This document shows positions 1 through 9,958 of a DNA stretch of 64,000 nt, piece after piece. This DNA is from Salinivirgaceae bacterium (GTDB lineage: Bacteria > Bacteroidota > Bacteroidia > Bacteroidales > SZUA-534), in the NCBI GenBank assembly GCA_024405635.1, contig JAKSOL010000003.1, forward strand, positions 96,001 to 160,000, read 5' to 3'. The position numbers were made by a program, and so were the translations under genes. The stretch's first letter is position 1. Each line of letters begins with the position of its first letter. The notes under the pieces are model-generated. The model had not been told where the DNA came from. It made no database searches and saw only the letters and a list, made by a program, of their open reading frames with translations.

Positions 1-86
1 ACTGAAAGAAATACGTTTACCCCAAAGCCAACCCAAGTTGCTTTGCTTATTGCTTTTTCTCGCTGGTTGTTGGTAAGTGTTGGCAT
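1..86 (-). CDS. Partial CDS (5' end), probable cation diffusion facilitator (CDF) transporter
   Basis: The minus frame from ATG at 86 reads MPTLTNNQREKAISKATWVGFGVNVFLS and runs off the window. It resembles the N-terminus and first TM helix of Bacteroidetes CDF transporters. Confidence 0.45.
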   Translation of the reverse strand, partial: MPTLTNNQREKAISKATWVGFGVNVFLS

Positions 87-213
87 GCTTTTACAGGTTG
101 AAATGCGTATAGTTTGAGTTTATTTTTGATTAGTGCCTTGCCTTGCGTTGTGGTAGTAATGTTTCCTTTTCGACAAATTTATGTCTTTTTGTGTTTTAAA
201 AAGTAAATGAAAC

Positions 214-255
214 AAAAAAGCGCCCCAAATTGGTTTAATTCAACTTGGGGCGCTT
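214..255 (-). terminator. Rho-independent terminator after carB
   Basis: Inverted repeat aagcgccccaa (218-228) / ttggggcgctt (245-255). The A-run at 214-219 gives a U-tract on the minus strand. Confidence 0.8.
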
Positions 256-296
256 GGCTTATTGTAAAAGTCTGGTTTGTGCGACTTTACATTTTA

Positions 297-3200
297 TTAA
301 ATGTACTCTTGCCAACTGCGAATTGCAATGTCCGAAATGTTTTTCTCGGTAAATGCAGTGATGAATGCACTTGCAAGACGAGCATTGGTTAGCAATGGAA
401 TGTTATGGTCGATTGCCGAGCGGCGAATTTTGTATCCATTGGTTAACTCGCGTTTTGTTTGGTTCTTTGGAAGGTTTATAACCAAATCAATCTTGTGCTC
501 TTGCATCAAGTGCATAACATTGTCGTTGTTGTTCTCGTCTGGCAAATATGCGCGCAAAGCTTCAATTCCATTTTCGGCAAGGAATTTTTGAGTGCCTTCG
601 GTTGCATAAATTTTCAAGCCGGTTTTGCTCAATTCGCGGCAAGCCTCAAGCAAGTCAACTTTGCCTTTTGCATCGCCCGACGATACTAGTACGCCTTTGG
701 TTGGAATGTTAACACCAACTGAAATCATTGCGTTAAGCAAAGCCTCGTTAAAATCGGCACCAAGACAACCAACCTCACCAGTTGAGCTCATGTCAACGCC
801 AAGAACAGGGTCGGCTTTGTGCAAGCGAGCAAACGAGAATTGTGATGCTTTAACACCTACGCGGTCAACATCGTATGTTGAAGAGTCTTTCTTCTCAACG
901 TTTTGGTCGAGCATAATTTTGGTTGCGGTTTCAATAAAGTTGCGTTTCAACACTTTTGATACAAATGGGAACGAACGTGAAGCGCGCAAGTTGCACTCAA
1001 TAACTTTAACATCGTTGTTCTTTGCAAGGTATTGAATGTTGAAAGGTCCGCTAATGTTCAATTCTTTAGCAATCTTAGCCGAAATTTGTTTGATGCGGCG
1101 AGCGGTTGCCATGTATATTTTTTGTGCAGGGAACACCAAAGTAGCGTCGCCAGAGTGAACTCCAGCAAACTCAACGTGCTCGCTAATAGCGTATTCAATT
1201 ATCTCACCGTTTTTAGCAACAGCGTCAAATTCAACCTCTTTTGCGTTTTGCAAGAATTTTGAAACCACAACAGGGTATTCTTTTGAAACTTTTGCAGCAG
1301 CACCAAGGAATGTGTGAAGTTGGTCTTTGTCGTAGCAAACGTTCATTGCAGCACCCGATAGTACATACGATGGACGAACAAGAACAGGGAATCCAATCTC
1401 GTCAATAAATCCATCAATATCGTCGTAGCTTGTTAGTTCTTTCCAACGTGGTTGGTCAATGCCAAGTTGGTCAAGCATTGCCGAGAATTTGAAGCGGTTT
1501 TCTGCACGGTCAATTGAAACTGGCGAAGTACCAAGAATTGGCACGTTTTGACGGTGAAGTTTCATTGCCAAGTTGTTTGGAATTTGGCCGCCAGTTGACA
1601 CAATAACGCCGCGTGGAGTTTCCAAGTCAATTACGTCAAGAACACGTTCAAAGCTCAACTCGTCAAAGTACAAACGGTCGCACATGTCGTAATCGGTTGA
1701 AACGGTCTCGGGGTTGTAGTTAATCATAATTGATTTGTAGCCCAACTTGCGAGCGGTTTGTGTAGCGTTAACCGAGCACCAATCAAACTCAACTGATGAA
1801 CCGATGCGGTAAGCTCCCGAACCAAGAACGATAATGGTCTTTTCGTTTTTGTAGTCGTAGCTAATTGAGTGTTCGTCAACGCCGTAAGTCATATACAAGT
1901 AGTTTGTTAGCTCAGGATGTTCTGAAGCAACAGTGTTGATGCGACGAACGGCTGGTTTAATGTTTGCTTTTTTGCGAGCTGCGCGCACACGCAAAATCTC
2001 AGATTCCATATTGCCTTGAGGATCCTCAACGTAACGTGCAATTTGGAAGTCGCTAAAGCCAAGGCGTTTAGCTTCTTTTAGTACGTCGGCTGGAAGGTCT
2101 TCAATTTTGTTGTATTGCGAAAGAACTTTGGTGTAGTCAACAATGTTTTTCAGTTTGTTGATAAACCAAATATCGATTTTTGTAAGATCAACAATGCGCT
2201 CAGGAGTGTAGCCTGCTTCCAAAGCTTTTGCAATGGCAAAGATGCGCAAGTCGGTAGGGTGCGAAAGTTCATAGTCAAGGTCCTCAAACTCAAGGTCGTT
2301 GTTGCCAACAAAACCATGCATGCCTTGGCCAATCATGCGCAAACCTTTTTGCATAATTTCCTCAAACGATTTACCGATTGACATAATCTCGCCAACCGAT
2401 TTCATTGAAGAACCAATTTGGCGGTCAACGCCAACAAATTTGGTCAAGTCCCAACGTGGAATTTTTGCAATGATGTAGTCAACTGAAGGTGCAACGTAAG
2501 CTGAGTTTGGAGTGCCCATTTCGCCAATTTGGTCAAGGCTATAGCCCAAAGCCAATTTAGCAGCCACAAAAGCCAATGGATAACCCGATGCTTTTGAAGC
2601 CAAAGCTGACGAACGGCTTAAACGTGCATTGATTTCGATAATGCGGTAGTCGTTGGTTACTGCGTTGAATGCAAATTGAATGTTGCACTCGCCAACAATG
2701 CCGATGTGACGAACTACTTGTTTCGAAATTTCTTGCAACATGCTTATTTGCTCTTGCGACAACGAAATGATAGGTGCCACTACAATAGACTCACCAGTGT
2801 GTATGCCAAGTGGGTCAAAGTTTTCCATTGGAACAACGGTAAAGCAGTGGTCGTTTTTGTCGCGAATTACCTCAAACTCAATCTCTTTCCAACCTTTAAG
2901 CGACTCTTCGACAAGAATTTGTGGTGAATGAGTAAGTGCGCTTTCGCAAAGCTCAACAAATTCTTTTTCATTTTGGCAAATGCCAGAGCCCAAACCGCCA
3001 AGAGCGTAGGCCGAACGAACCATAACAGGGAAACCAATTTTGTTTGCAGCTTTTAGCGCATCTTCCATAGTTTCAACAGCTTGCGAAACTGGAGTTTTAG
3101 CCGAAATCTCGTTTAGTTTCTTTACAAACAAATCGCGGTCTTCGGTAATCATAATGGCATCAACAGAGGTTCCTAAAACCTTTACGCCATATTTTTCAAG

Positions 3201-3515
3201 AGTACCACTTGTGTAAAGTTCAGTACCACAGTTTAATGCTGTTTGTCCACCAAACGAAAGCATAATGCCGTCGGGGCGCTCTTTCTTAATAATCTCCTCA
3301 ACAAAATAAGGAGTGATTGGTAAAAAGTAAACGCGGTCGGCCACTCCTTCTGATGTTTGAATGGTGGCAATGTTTGGGTTGATAAGAACAGTTTGAATGC
3401 CTTCTTCGCGCATTGCTTTTAGCGCTTGCGAACCAGAGTAGTCAAACTCGCCAGCTTGACCAATCTTTAATGCTCCTGAACCTAAAAGGAGCACCTTTTT
3501 AATTGAGTTTTCCAT
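297..3515 (-). CDS. carB: Carbamoyl-phosphate synthase large subunit
   Basis: 1072 aa. N-terminal LLLGSGALKIGQAGEFDYSG, duplicated ATP-grasp halves (GSGAYRIGSSVEFD; IEINARLSRSS / IECNLRASRS), C-terminal MGS-like domain. Confidence 0.97.
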   Translation of the reverse strand: MENSIKKVLLLGSGALKIGQAGEFDYSGSQALKAMREEGIQTVLINPNIATIQTSEGVADRVYFLPITPYFVEEIIKKERPDGIMLSFGGQTALNCGTELYTSGTLEKYGVKVLGTSVDAIMITEDRDLFVKKLNEISAKTPVSQAVETMEDALKAANKIGFPVMVRSAYALGGLGSGICQNEKEFVELCESALTHSPQILVEESLKGWKEIEFEVIRDKNDHCFTVVPMENFDPLGIHTGESIVVAPIISLSQEQISMLQEISKQVVRHIGIVGECNIQFAFNAVTNDYRIIEINARLSRSSALASKASGYPLAFVAAKLALGYSLDQIGEMGTPNSAYVAPSVDYIIAKIPRWDLTKFVGVDRQIGSSMKSVGEIMSIGKSFEEIMQKGLRMIGQGMHGFVGNNDLEFEDLDYELSHPTDLRIFAIAKALEAGYTPERIVDLTKIDIWFINKLKNIVDYTKVLSQYNKIEDLPADVLKEAKRLGFSDFQIARYVEDPQGNMESEILRVRAARKKANIKPAVRRINTVASEHPELTNYLYMTYGVDEHSISYDYKNEKTIIVLGSGAYRIGSSVEFDWCSVNATQTARKLGYKSIMINYNPETVSTDYDMCDRLYFDELSFERVLDVIDLETPRGVIVSTGGQIPNNLAMKLHRQNVPILGTSPVSIDRAENRFKFSAMLDQLGIDQPRWKELTSYDDIDGFIDEIGFPVLVRPSYVLSGAAMNVCYDKDQLHTFLGAAAKVSKEYPVVVSKFLQNAKEVEFDAVAKNGEIIEYAISEHVEFAGVHSGDATLVFPAQKIYMATARRIKQISAKIAKELNISGPFNIQYLAKNNDVKVIECNLRASRSFPFVSKVLKRNFIETATKIMLDQNVEKKDSSTYDVDRVGVKASQFSFARLHKADPVLGVDMSSTGEVGCLGADFNEALLNAMISVGVNIPTKGVLVSSGDAKGKVDLLEACRELSKTGLKIYATEGTQKFLAENGIEALRAYLPDENNNDNVMHLMQEHKIDLVINLPKNQTKRELTNGYKIRRSAIDHNIPLLTNARLASAFITAFTEKNISDIAIRSWQEYI

Positions 3516-3547
3516 CGTGTATTATTTAGTTTAACTTGCTTGCATAC

Positions 3548-3583
3548 AAAAAAAAGCATCGATTGAAAAATCAATCAATGCTT
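3548..3583 (-). terminator. Terminator hairpin inside the carB 5' leader (candidate attenuator)
   Basis: Minus RNA AAGCAUUGAUUGA-UUUU-UCAAUCGAUGCUU-UUUUUU forms a 13-bp stem whose one irregular pair is a G-U only on this strand. It ends 32 nt before the carB ATG. Confidence 0.75.
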
Positions 3584-3591
3584 AAATTTTT

Positions 3592-3669
3592 TTAAAACAA
3601 ACACCCAACGTTTGCCAAGGTTAAAACCATGTGCTTTTTAGACGAGGAATGTTCGTTTTTCATTTTCAT
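3592..3669 (-). CDS. Putative carB leader peptide (25 aa)
   Basis: MKMKNEHSSSKKHMVLTLANVGCLF* lies between the promoter motif and the leader terminator. Confidence 0.35.
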   Translation of the reverse strand: MKMKNEHSSSKKHMVLTLANVGCLF

Positions 3670-3685
3670 CGTTTCATCGTTTTGG

Positions 3686-3693
3686 CAAATATA
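3686..3693 (-). promoter_or_regulatory. Bacteroidetes -7 promoter element (TAnnTTTG) for carB
   Basis: The minus strand reads TATATTTG. Confidence 0.6.
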
Positions 3694-3823
3694 GAACCAT
3701 TTTTTCGTTTTTCTGTCCTTCAAAACCTGATTGTTGGCAATTACTTGCTACAAGTTTTCAACCATTTGTTATTTGTTGTTTTTTGTATGTTGATAAATGT
3801 GTAACAATTTGTAAATGTGTTGC

Positions 3824-4303
3824 TTACAATACGTCTTTTGTAAACGATAGCGATAAAAGGTCGGATGCACTATTGACTGAGTAGGTGTGGTTTGCGCCAA
3901 CCATAATAACCTCTAGTTTGCTGTTGTATCGAGTTTCGGTTTCGAGCAAAACTTGTCGGCACATGCCGCATGGGGTTATGGGCTCGTCGAGCAACTTGCC
4001 GTTGTTGAATGCTGCAATGGCTATGGCAACTGGAACAGCTTCGGGGTATGTTGAATTTGCGTAAAACATGGCAGTTCGTTCGGCGCAAATTCCGCAAGGG
4101 TACGATGCGTTTTCTTGGTTCGACCCTTCAATCATTTGTCCGTTGTTGAGCAAAACACAAGCGCCTACGTTAAATTTTGAGTATGGTGCATAGGCTCGTT
4201 TGGCTGCCGATTGTGCTCGTTTTGCTATTTCTTGTCGGCTTTGTTCTAGTTCGGCAATGCTATTAAACTGTTTTACGTTTATGCTTGATGTTAAGTTGTT
4301 CAT
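3824..4303 (-). CDS. cdd: Cytidine deaminase
   Basis: AYAPYSKFNVGA, NQENASY, CAER and PCGMCRQ zinc motifs. ATG at 4303 preferred over TTG at 4309. Confidence 0.93.
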   Translation of the reverse strand: MNNLTSSINVKQFNSIAELEQSRQEIAKRAQSAAKRAYAPYSKFNVGACVLLNNGQMIEGSNQENASYPCGICAERTAMFYANSTYPEAVPVAIAIAAFNNGKLLDEPITPCGMCRQVLLETETRYNSKLEVIMVGANHTYSVNSASDLLSLSFTKDVL

Positions 4304-4305
4304 AA

Positions 4306-5766
4306 TCAAAGTTTTTGGGCGTTTTTTAAAATGTCGAGCAAAAAGTTATAGAACATTGCAACGGTGGCAATTTCAACTTTTTCGCTAGGCGAGTGCACGT
4401 TTCGCAATGTTGGACCAACTGAAATCATGTCCATTTCGGGATATTTTTCTAAGAACAATCCACACTCCAAGCCGGCGTGAATGGCCTTTACTTTTGGTTC
4501 TTTTCCAAAGCGTTGCTTGTAACAATTGATGGCTACTGAAAGCAGTTGTGAGTTTGGATTTGGGTTCCAACCCGGATAACCTTCGGAGTGATTTATTTCG
4601 GCGCCATTGCTTTTAAAGGCGTTTGCAACCACAAGCGCAATGTTGTATTTCGAGTCTTCGACTGAACTGCGTTGGCTGGTTGCAATTTCTATTTTGTCGG
4701 CATCAATAAATTTGATTGATGCTAGGTTGGTTGATGTTTCAACCAGATTATCAATCGATTGGCTCATTGCAATAACGCCATTTGGGCAGGCCATTAGCGA
4801 GTTGAGCAACTTGTCGCGGTTTTCGGTTGCGAGTATTGTTGCAGGAGTTTCGTTTTTTTCAGCCAGCAAATTCATGTTTGGTTCGGTTTGGCTGAATTGG
4901 TTTGTTACTTGTTGTTTGTAGTTTTCAACGTAGGCAACAAAATCGGTTTCGGCATTTGCATCAACAGTAACAATGGCGTAGCAGTCGCGTGGAATGGCGT
5001 TGCGAAGGTTGCCGCCTTCAATTTTTGCCACACCTATATTAAATTGGTGCGATGCCGACCAAAGCAGTTTGGCAATTATTTTGTTGGCGTTGGCAAAACC
5101 TTTGTTAATGTCGTCGCCCGAATGGCCGCCATGCAATCCACCTATTGAAATTTTGTAGGCCGATGAATTGTCGGGGCAAGCTTGTGTTTTGTACTTCATG
5201 GTGGCGGTTGTGTCGATGCCGCCAGCGCAGCCTATGAAAATTTCGCCTTCGTCTTCTGAGTCAAGATTTATAAGCGTTTTTCCGGTAAGAAAATTGTCTT
5301 TTAGTGCAAATGCGCCAGTCAGACCAGTTTCTTCGTCAACGGTAAACAAACACTCAATTGCTGGATGTTCAATGCTTTGCGATGCCAAAATAGCAAGTTG
5401 AGTTGCTACTCCCATGCCATCGTCGGCGCCAAGTGTTGTGCCGTTTGCGCAAACCCATTCGCCGTCAATAATTGGTTGAATGGCATCGGTTTCAAAATTG
5501 TGAGTTGAATTGGCGTTTTTTTCGCACACCATATCTATATGACTTTGTAGCACAATGGTTTTGTGGCTTTCAAACCCTTTGGTTGCGGGTTTTTTAATAA
5601 GCACATTGCCTATCTCGTCGCGTTGAGTTTCAAGGTTGTGGCTTTTGCCAAAGTTGAGTAGGTATTCAATTATTTTTCCTTCTTTTTTCGATGGACGAGG
5701 CACTTTGCAAATTTCGGCAAAGTATTTCCAAACATCGGTAGGCTGAAGATTTTCTATCGAGTTCAT
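4306..5766 (-). CDS. pepD: Aminoacyl-histidine dipeptidase (M20)
   Basis: QSHIDMVCEK, TTLGADDG, DEETGL, NLDSEDEG, HAGLECG motifs. Confidence 0.93.
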   Translation of the reverse strand: MNSIENLQPTDVWKYFAEICKVPRPSKKEGKIIEYLLNFGKSHNLETQRDEIGNVLIKKPATKGFESHKTIVLQSHIDMVCEKNANSTHNFETDAIQPIIDGEWVCANGTTLGADDGMGVATQLAILASQSIEHPAIECLFTVDEETGLTGAFALKDNFLTGKTLINLDSEDEGEIFIGCAGGIDTTATMKYKTQACPDNSSAYKISIGGLHGGHSGDDINKGFANANKIIAKLLWSASHQFNIGVAKIEGGNLRNAIPRDCYAIVTVDANAETDFVAYVENYKQQVTNQFSQTEPNMNLLAEKNETPATILATENRDKLLNSLMACPNGVIAMSQSIDNLVETSTNLASIKFIDADKIEIATSQRSSVEDSKYNIALVVANAFKSNGAEINHSEGYPGWNPNPNSQLLSVAINCYKQRFGKEPKVKAIHAGLECGLFLEKYPEMDMISVGPTLRNVHSPSEKVEIATVAMFYNFLLDILKNAQKL

Positions 5767-5823
5767 TTTTTATGTTTTCAATTATCAGTTAATATCAATT
5801 GGCAATGTAGAAAATGTTAGGCA

Positions 5824-6234
5824 TTACGAAACAATTGTAGCAACAATGCGGCGCGAACCGCCCCAATCGCGAAACTCGCATAGGTAAATGCCTTGCCAAG
5901 TTCCTAAATTAAGCCTGTGGTTGGTTATTGGAACAGAAACCGAAGGCCCAATTATTGAAGCTTTAATGTGCGCGGGCATATCGTCGTCGCCCTCAAGCGT
6001 GTGCTCAAAATAAGGCAGTTGCGAATCAACTGTGCGGCGAAAAAATGTTTCAAAGTCGATGCGAACTGTTGGGTCGGCATTTTCGTTTATGGTGAGTGCC
6101 GCACTTGTGTGCTGAATCATTAAATGCAGTATTCCACTTTCGGGCAATTCGGGTAATTGCTTTGTTATTTCGCTGGTAATCAAATGATAACCACGTTTGC
6201 GTTGTGGTAGCGAAAATGTAACTTGTGTAACCAT
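5824..6234 (-). CDS. yjbQ: YjbQ/UPF0047 family (secondary thiamine-phosphate synthase)
   Basis: HTSAALTINENADPTV, EGDDDMPAHIK, LGTWQGIYLCEF. ATG at 6234 preferred because the TTG at 6267 lies within a TAAATTTG promoter motif. Confidence 0.9.
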   Translation of the reverse strand: MVTQVTFSLPQRKRGYHLITSEITKQLPELPESGILHLMIQHTSAALTINENADPTVRIDFETFFRRTVDSQLPYFEHTLEGDDDMPAHIKASIIGPSVSVPITNHRLNLGTWQGIYLCEFRDWGGSRRIVATIVS

Positions 6235-6421
6235 GTTAGTGTTGTTCAATGTTTTTTCGTGTGTCAAATTTACTTATTGGCATTGGTTCAAAAAAACAGA
6301 TTGTTATCGAATGCGGCTTTTTATTGTTTTGGTGAGCAATAAACTTGTGAGTTTTTGAGTTATTGCGGCAATCAATCTTCACATTATTTTTGTGCCACAT
6401 TCAAAAAAACAACAACGTTAA

Positions 6422-8857
6422 GTGAGGCAAATTATCACCGCCATCTTGCTCTTTTTATCTTGCTCGTTGAGTGCTCAGCAAGCCATGCTTACGGGTGTGG
6501 TTACCGATGCGTCGGGCAATGGCATCGAAATGGCTAATGTGGTGGTGAAAGATGTTGCAGGAGGCGAAACAACCGACCAAAACGGAAAATATTCAATAAA
6601 AGTTCCTGCCGGAAAATCGATTTATGTGGCTTTTTCGTGCATCGGTTTTGAAACGCATTGGGAGGAACTGATAATTGCGCCAAATCAAACTCGAAAACTT
6701 GATGTGGTGCTTAACGCATCGATGCAAGATATTGAGCAAGTGACAGTTGAAGATGCACAAGTGCGAAAAAGTACGTTGTTGCGCATCAATCCAAAGGTGA
6801 TGAACGTGTTGCCCGATGCATCAGGCTCAATTGAAAGTTTGGTGAAAACCATGCCGGGTGTGGCATCAAATAACGAGATGAGTTCGCAATACTCGGTGCG
6901 TGGCGGCAGCTTTGACGAGAATTTGGTTTATGTGAACGATGTTGAAATTTATCGCCCAATTTTGGTGCGTAGCGGCGAGCAAGAAGGCTTGAGCTTTGTA
7001 AACTCCGACATGGTTTCGAACTTGCTTTTTTCGGCTGGCGGATTTGATGCTAAGTATGGCGACAAAATGGCGTCGGTGCTCGACATTAAGTACAAACGTC
7101 CAGTTGGGTGGGGCGTTTCGGCATCGGCAAGTATGTTTGGCGGTTCGGTTACGGCTTTTGGCGACGCTTTTAACCATAGGCTGCATCACATTTCGGGCTT
7201 AAGGTACAAGCGCAACAAATATTTGCTTAACTCGCTTGAAACATCGGGCGATTACGACCCAAAATTTGCTGATTTTCAAACATATATAACCTGCGATTTA
7301 ACTGACCGCGTTGAGGTTGGCTTTTTGGGTAATTACTCAAGCAACGTGTACAATTTTTGGCCAAAAGACCGAACTACCAAATTTGGTCTTTATAACCAGC
7401 CAATGGAGTTGCGAATGTATTTTGAAGGCAGCGAGCGCGACTCGTATCGTACACTTATGGGGGCCATTACTACCAATGTTAAGATAAACGACGGTTTTCA
7501 ACTCAAGTTTACGGCATCGGCTTTTAAAACTGCCGAGCGTGAAACCTACGACATTTTGAGCGAGTATTACATAAACGAAATTGAAACCGCAGTTGGTGCT
7601 GCCAATTTTGGCGATAGCGTGAAAACATTGGGCATTGGCGGTTTTTTAGAACACGGAAGAAATTATCTTGATGCTAAAGTGTTTGCCGTTGAGCATCGTG
7701 GCTTGTTAACTGCTGAAAACCATTTTTTTAATTGGGGAATAAAAGCCAACAGGCAGATTATTGACGACGACCTGTCGGAATGGGTTATGATTGATTCGGC
7801 AGGCTATTCCATTTCGAACAATGGTAGCGGATTGTATCGCACGTTGCGAGCAAAAAATAATGTGGAGTCGGGTAGGGTAACAGCTTATGTGCAAGATGTT
7901 TACAGTTTTGTTGCCGACTCGGCCAATGTGCATGTTACTTATGGCGTGAGGGCTAATTATTGGAACTTTAACAACGAACTTTTGGTTTCGCCACGAGCAA
8001 GCATTTCGTACAAACCAAATTGGGAGGCCGACTGGCTTTTCAAATTCTCAACGGGTTTTTATTATCAGTCGCCGTTTTACAAAGAGATGCGCACGCCGCA
8101 AGGTGTTGTGAATAAAGACATTAAAGCCCAAAAATCAATTCATTTTGTGTTGGGGGCCGATTATAACTTTTCGGCATGGAACCGACCGTTTAAGTTTATT
8201 ACCGAGTTGTATTACAAAATGTTACGCGATTTGGTTTCGTATCAAGTCGATAACCTGCGAACCATTTATTCGGGCTGCAACGATGCCGACGGCTATGCGG
8301 TTGGGCTCGATATGAAGGTTGCTGGCGAATTTGTAAAAGGTGTCGATTCGTGGATTAGCCTTTCGTTAATGAAAACAGAGGAAGATATTAAAGGCGATAG
8401 TTATCAGCGAACAATCAACAACGGCACAACGCAAACCGTTTTTCCGGGCTACATTCCTCGTCCAACCGATCAGCGCGTTAACGTGAGCATGTTTTTTCAA
8501 GATTATTTACCTGGAAACGAAGCATATAAAGTGCATTTGCAGTTAAATTATGGTAGCCGTTTGCCATTTGGTCCACCCAACTCGCCACGATACATGGCAA
8601 CAGGCCGAATGCCAGCCTATCAGCGCGTTGACCTTGGTTTTTCGCGCACACTGAAAAACAAAAACCGAAACTATGCAAGCGGACACATTTTGCACTACGT
8701 GAAAGATGCGTGGATTGGCGCCGAAGTGCTCAATGTTACCGATAGACAAAATGTGGCATCGTATGAGTGGGTTACCGATTTTAACAGCCTGCAATATGCT
8801 GTTCCAAATTCGCTTACAGGCCGAAGATTTAACGTAAAACTTTCAGTTGAATTCTAA
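6422..8857 (+). CDS. TonB-dependent receptor with N-terminal carboxypeptidase-like regulatory domain
   Basis: Signal peptide, LTGVVTD...ANVVV...TTDQNGKY, plug YSVRGGSFDENLVYVND, GGFDAKYGD, C-terminal Phe. Confidence 0.88.
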   Translation: MRQIITAILLFLSCSLSAQQAMLTGVVTDASGNGIEMANVVVKDVAGGETTDQNGKYSIKVPAGKSIYVAFSCIGFETHWEELIIAPNQTRKLDVVLNASMQDIEQVTVEDAQVRKSTLLRINPKVMNVLPDASGSIESLVKTMPGVASNNEMSSQYSVRGGSFDENLVYVNDVEIYRPILVRSGEQEGLSFVNSDMVSNLLFSAGGFDAKYGDKMASVLDIKYKRPVGWGVSASASMFGGSVTAFGDAFNHRLHHISGLRYKRNKYLLNSLETSGDYDPKFADFQTYITCDLTDRVEVGFLGNYSSNVYNFWPKDRTTKFGLYNQPMELRMYFEGSERDSYRTLMGAITTNVKINDGFQLKFTASAFKTAERETYDILSEYYINEIETAVGAANFGDSVKTLGIGGFLEHGRNYLDAKVFAVEHRGLLTAENHFFNWGIKANRQIIDDDLSEWVMIDSAGYSISNNGSGLYRTLRAKNNVESGRVTAYVQDVYSFVADSANVHVTYGVRANYWNFNNELLVSPRASISYKPNWEADWLFKFSTGFYYQSPFYKEMRTPQGVVNKDIKAQKSIHFVLGADYNFSAWNRPFKFITELYYKMLRDLVSYQVDNLRTIYSGCNDADGYAVGLDMKVAGEFVKGVDSWISLSLMKTEEDIKGDSYQRTINNGTTQTVFPGYIPRPTDQRVNVSMFFQDYLPGNEAYKVHLQLNYGSRLPFGPPNSPRYMATGRMPAYQRVDLGFSRTLKNKNRNYASGHILHYVKDAWIGAEVLNVTDRQNVASYEWVTDFNSLQYAVPNSLTGRRFNVKLSVEF

Positions 8858-8879
8858 AAAAAACTAAACAAGCAAAGCC

Positions 8880-9866
8880 ATGTCGCAACTAGCCGAATCG
8901 CTAAAATACATTTACACCAAAGGCAAAAACTCGTGCATCATTTTGTTTAAGCTGATGATACCTGCATCAATAATAATCAGGGTTATTCAGCAACTCAATT
9001 TGCTGCCATATATATCGGAGTGGCTCGATCCGGTGATGCGAGTGGTTGATTTGCCAGCCGAAATGTCGTTGGTGTGGCTCACCGCCATTATGGTGAACAT
9101 TTACGGTGCGTTTTTGGCATTGTTTGGCATTTACCCAAATTTGGCTGAGCCGCTAACTGTGGCCCAAATGACAACGCTTTGCACAATGATTTTGTTGGCA
9201 CACTCGTTTCCCATTGAGTTGGTGGTGGCAAAAAAAACAGGCACCAAACTTTGGATAATGTTCATCATTAGGTTTGGTTTTGCCATTTTGTTGGGATTCA
9301 TAATGTCGCGAACCTACCTTTTGCTTGGTTGGTTGCAGCAATCGGCAACCATTGCGACTTTTCTTACCGCCAAATCAACCTTGTGGACCGATTGGATAAT
9401 AAACGAGCTAAAGAATTATGCCATAATAACTTGCGTCATTTTTGCATTGGTAACAATGATACGCATTCTCGAAATAACGGGAATGATAAAAATTGTGAAT
9501 AAAGTAATGGGCCCAATGCTCAATTGGCTCAAAATAAGTAATCAAATGATGCCACTTACTGTGGTTGGACTTACACTTGGCATTGGTTATGGTGGCGGTT
9601 TAATTATTGAAGAAAGTAGGCGACAAGCAATGAAACCAAAAGGTATTTTTTATGCAATGATGCTCATGGGGCTATTTCACAGCATTTTTGAGGACACCAT
9701 TCTGATGCTTTCAATGGGAGGGCATTGGTCGGGCGTTATAGTGTTCAGATTAATTTTTGCGGTTGTAATAACTTTTTGCTTTGTGCGGCTCACTCAAAAT
9801 ATTGACGATCAAAAGTTTGCGCGCCTTTTTATGACTCGCGAATTTCTAAATAGAAAATATGAGTAA
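8880..9866 (+). CDS. Nucleoside-recognition (Gate)-domain / SpmA-SpmB-like membrane protein
   Basis: Polytopic hydrophobic protein with AHSFPIE, GIGYGGGLII and HSIFEDT motifs. Confidence 0.65.
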   Translation: MSQLAESLKYIYTKGKNSCIILFKLMIPASIIIRVIQQLNLLPYISEWLDPVMRVVDLPAEMSLVWLTAIMVNIYGAFLALFGIYPNLAEPLTVAQMTTLCTMILLAHSFPIELVVAKKTGTKLWIMFIIRFGFAILLGFIMSRTYLLLGWLQQSATIATFLTAKSTLWTDWIINELKNYAIITCVIFALVTMIRILEITGMIKIVNKVMGPMLNWLKISNQMMPLTVVGLTLGIGYGGGLIIEESRRQAMKPKGIFYAMMLMGLFHSIFEDTILMLSMGGHWSGVIVFRLIFAVVITFCFVRLTQNIDDQKFARLFMTREFLNRKYE

Positions 9867-9958
9867 CGGCAAACTATGTTGTTTGTAGAAACCATAAGGT
9901 TCCCCCGCAAGGGCAAAAAGTCTATATTTGCAGTTCAAAAACATAAATACAACAAATC

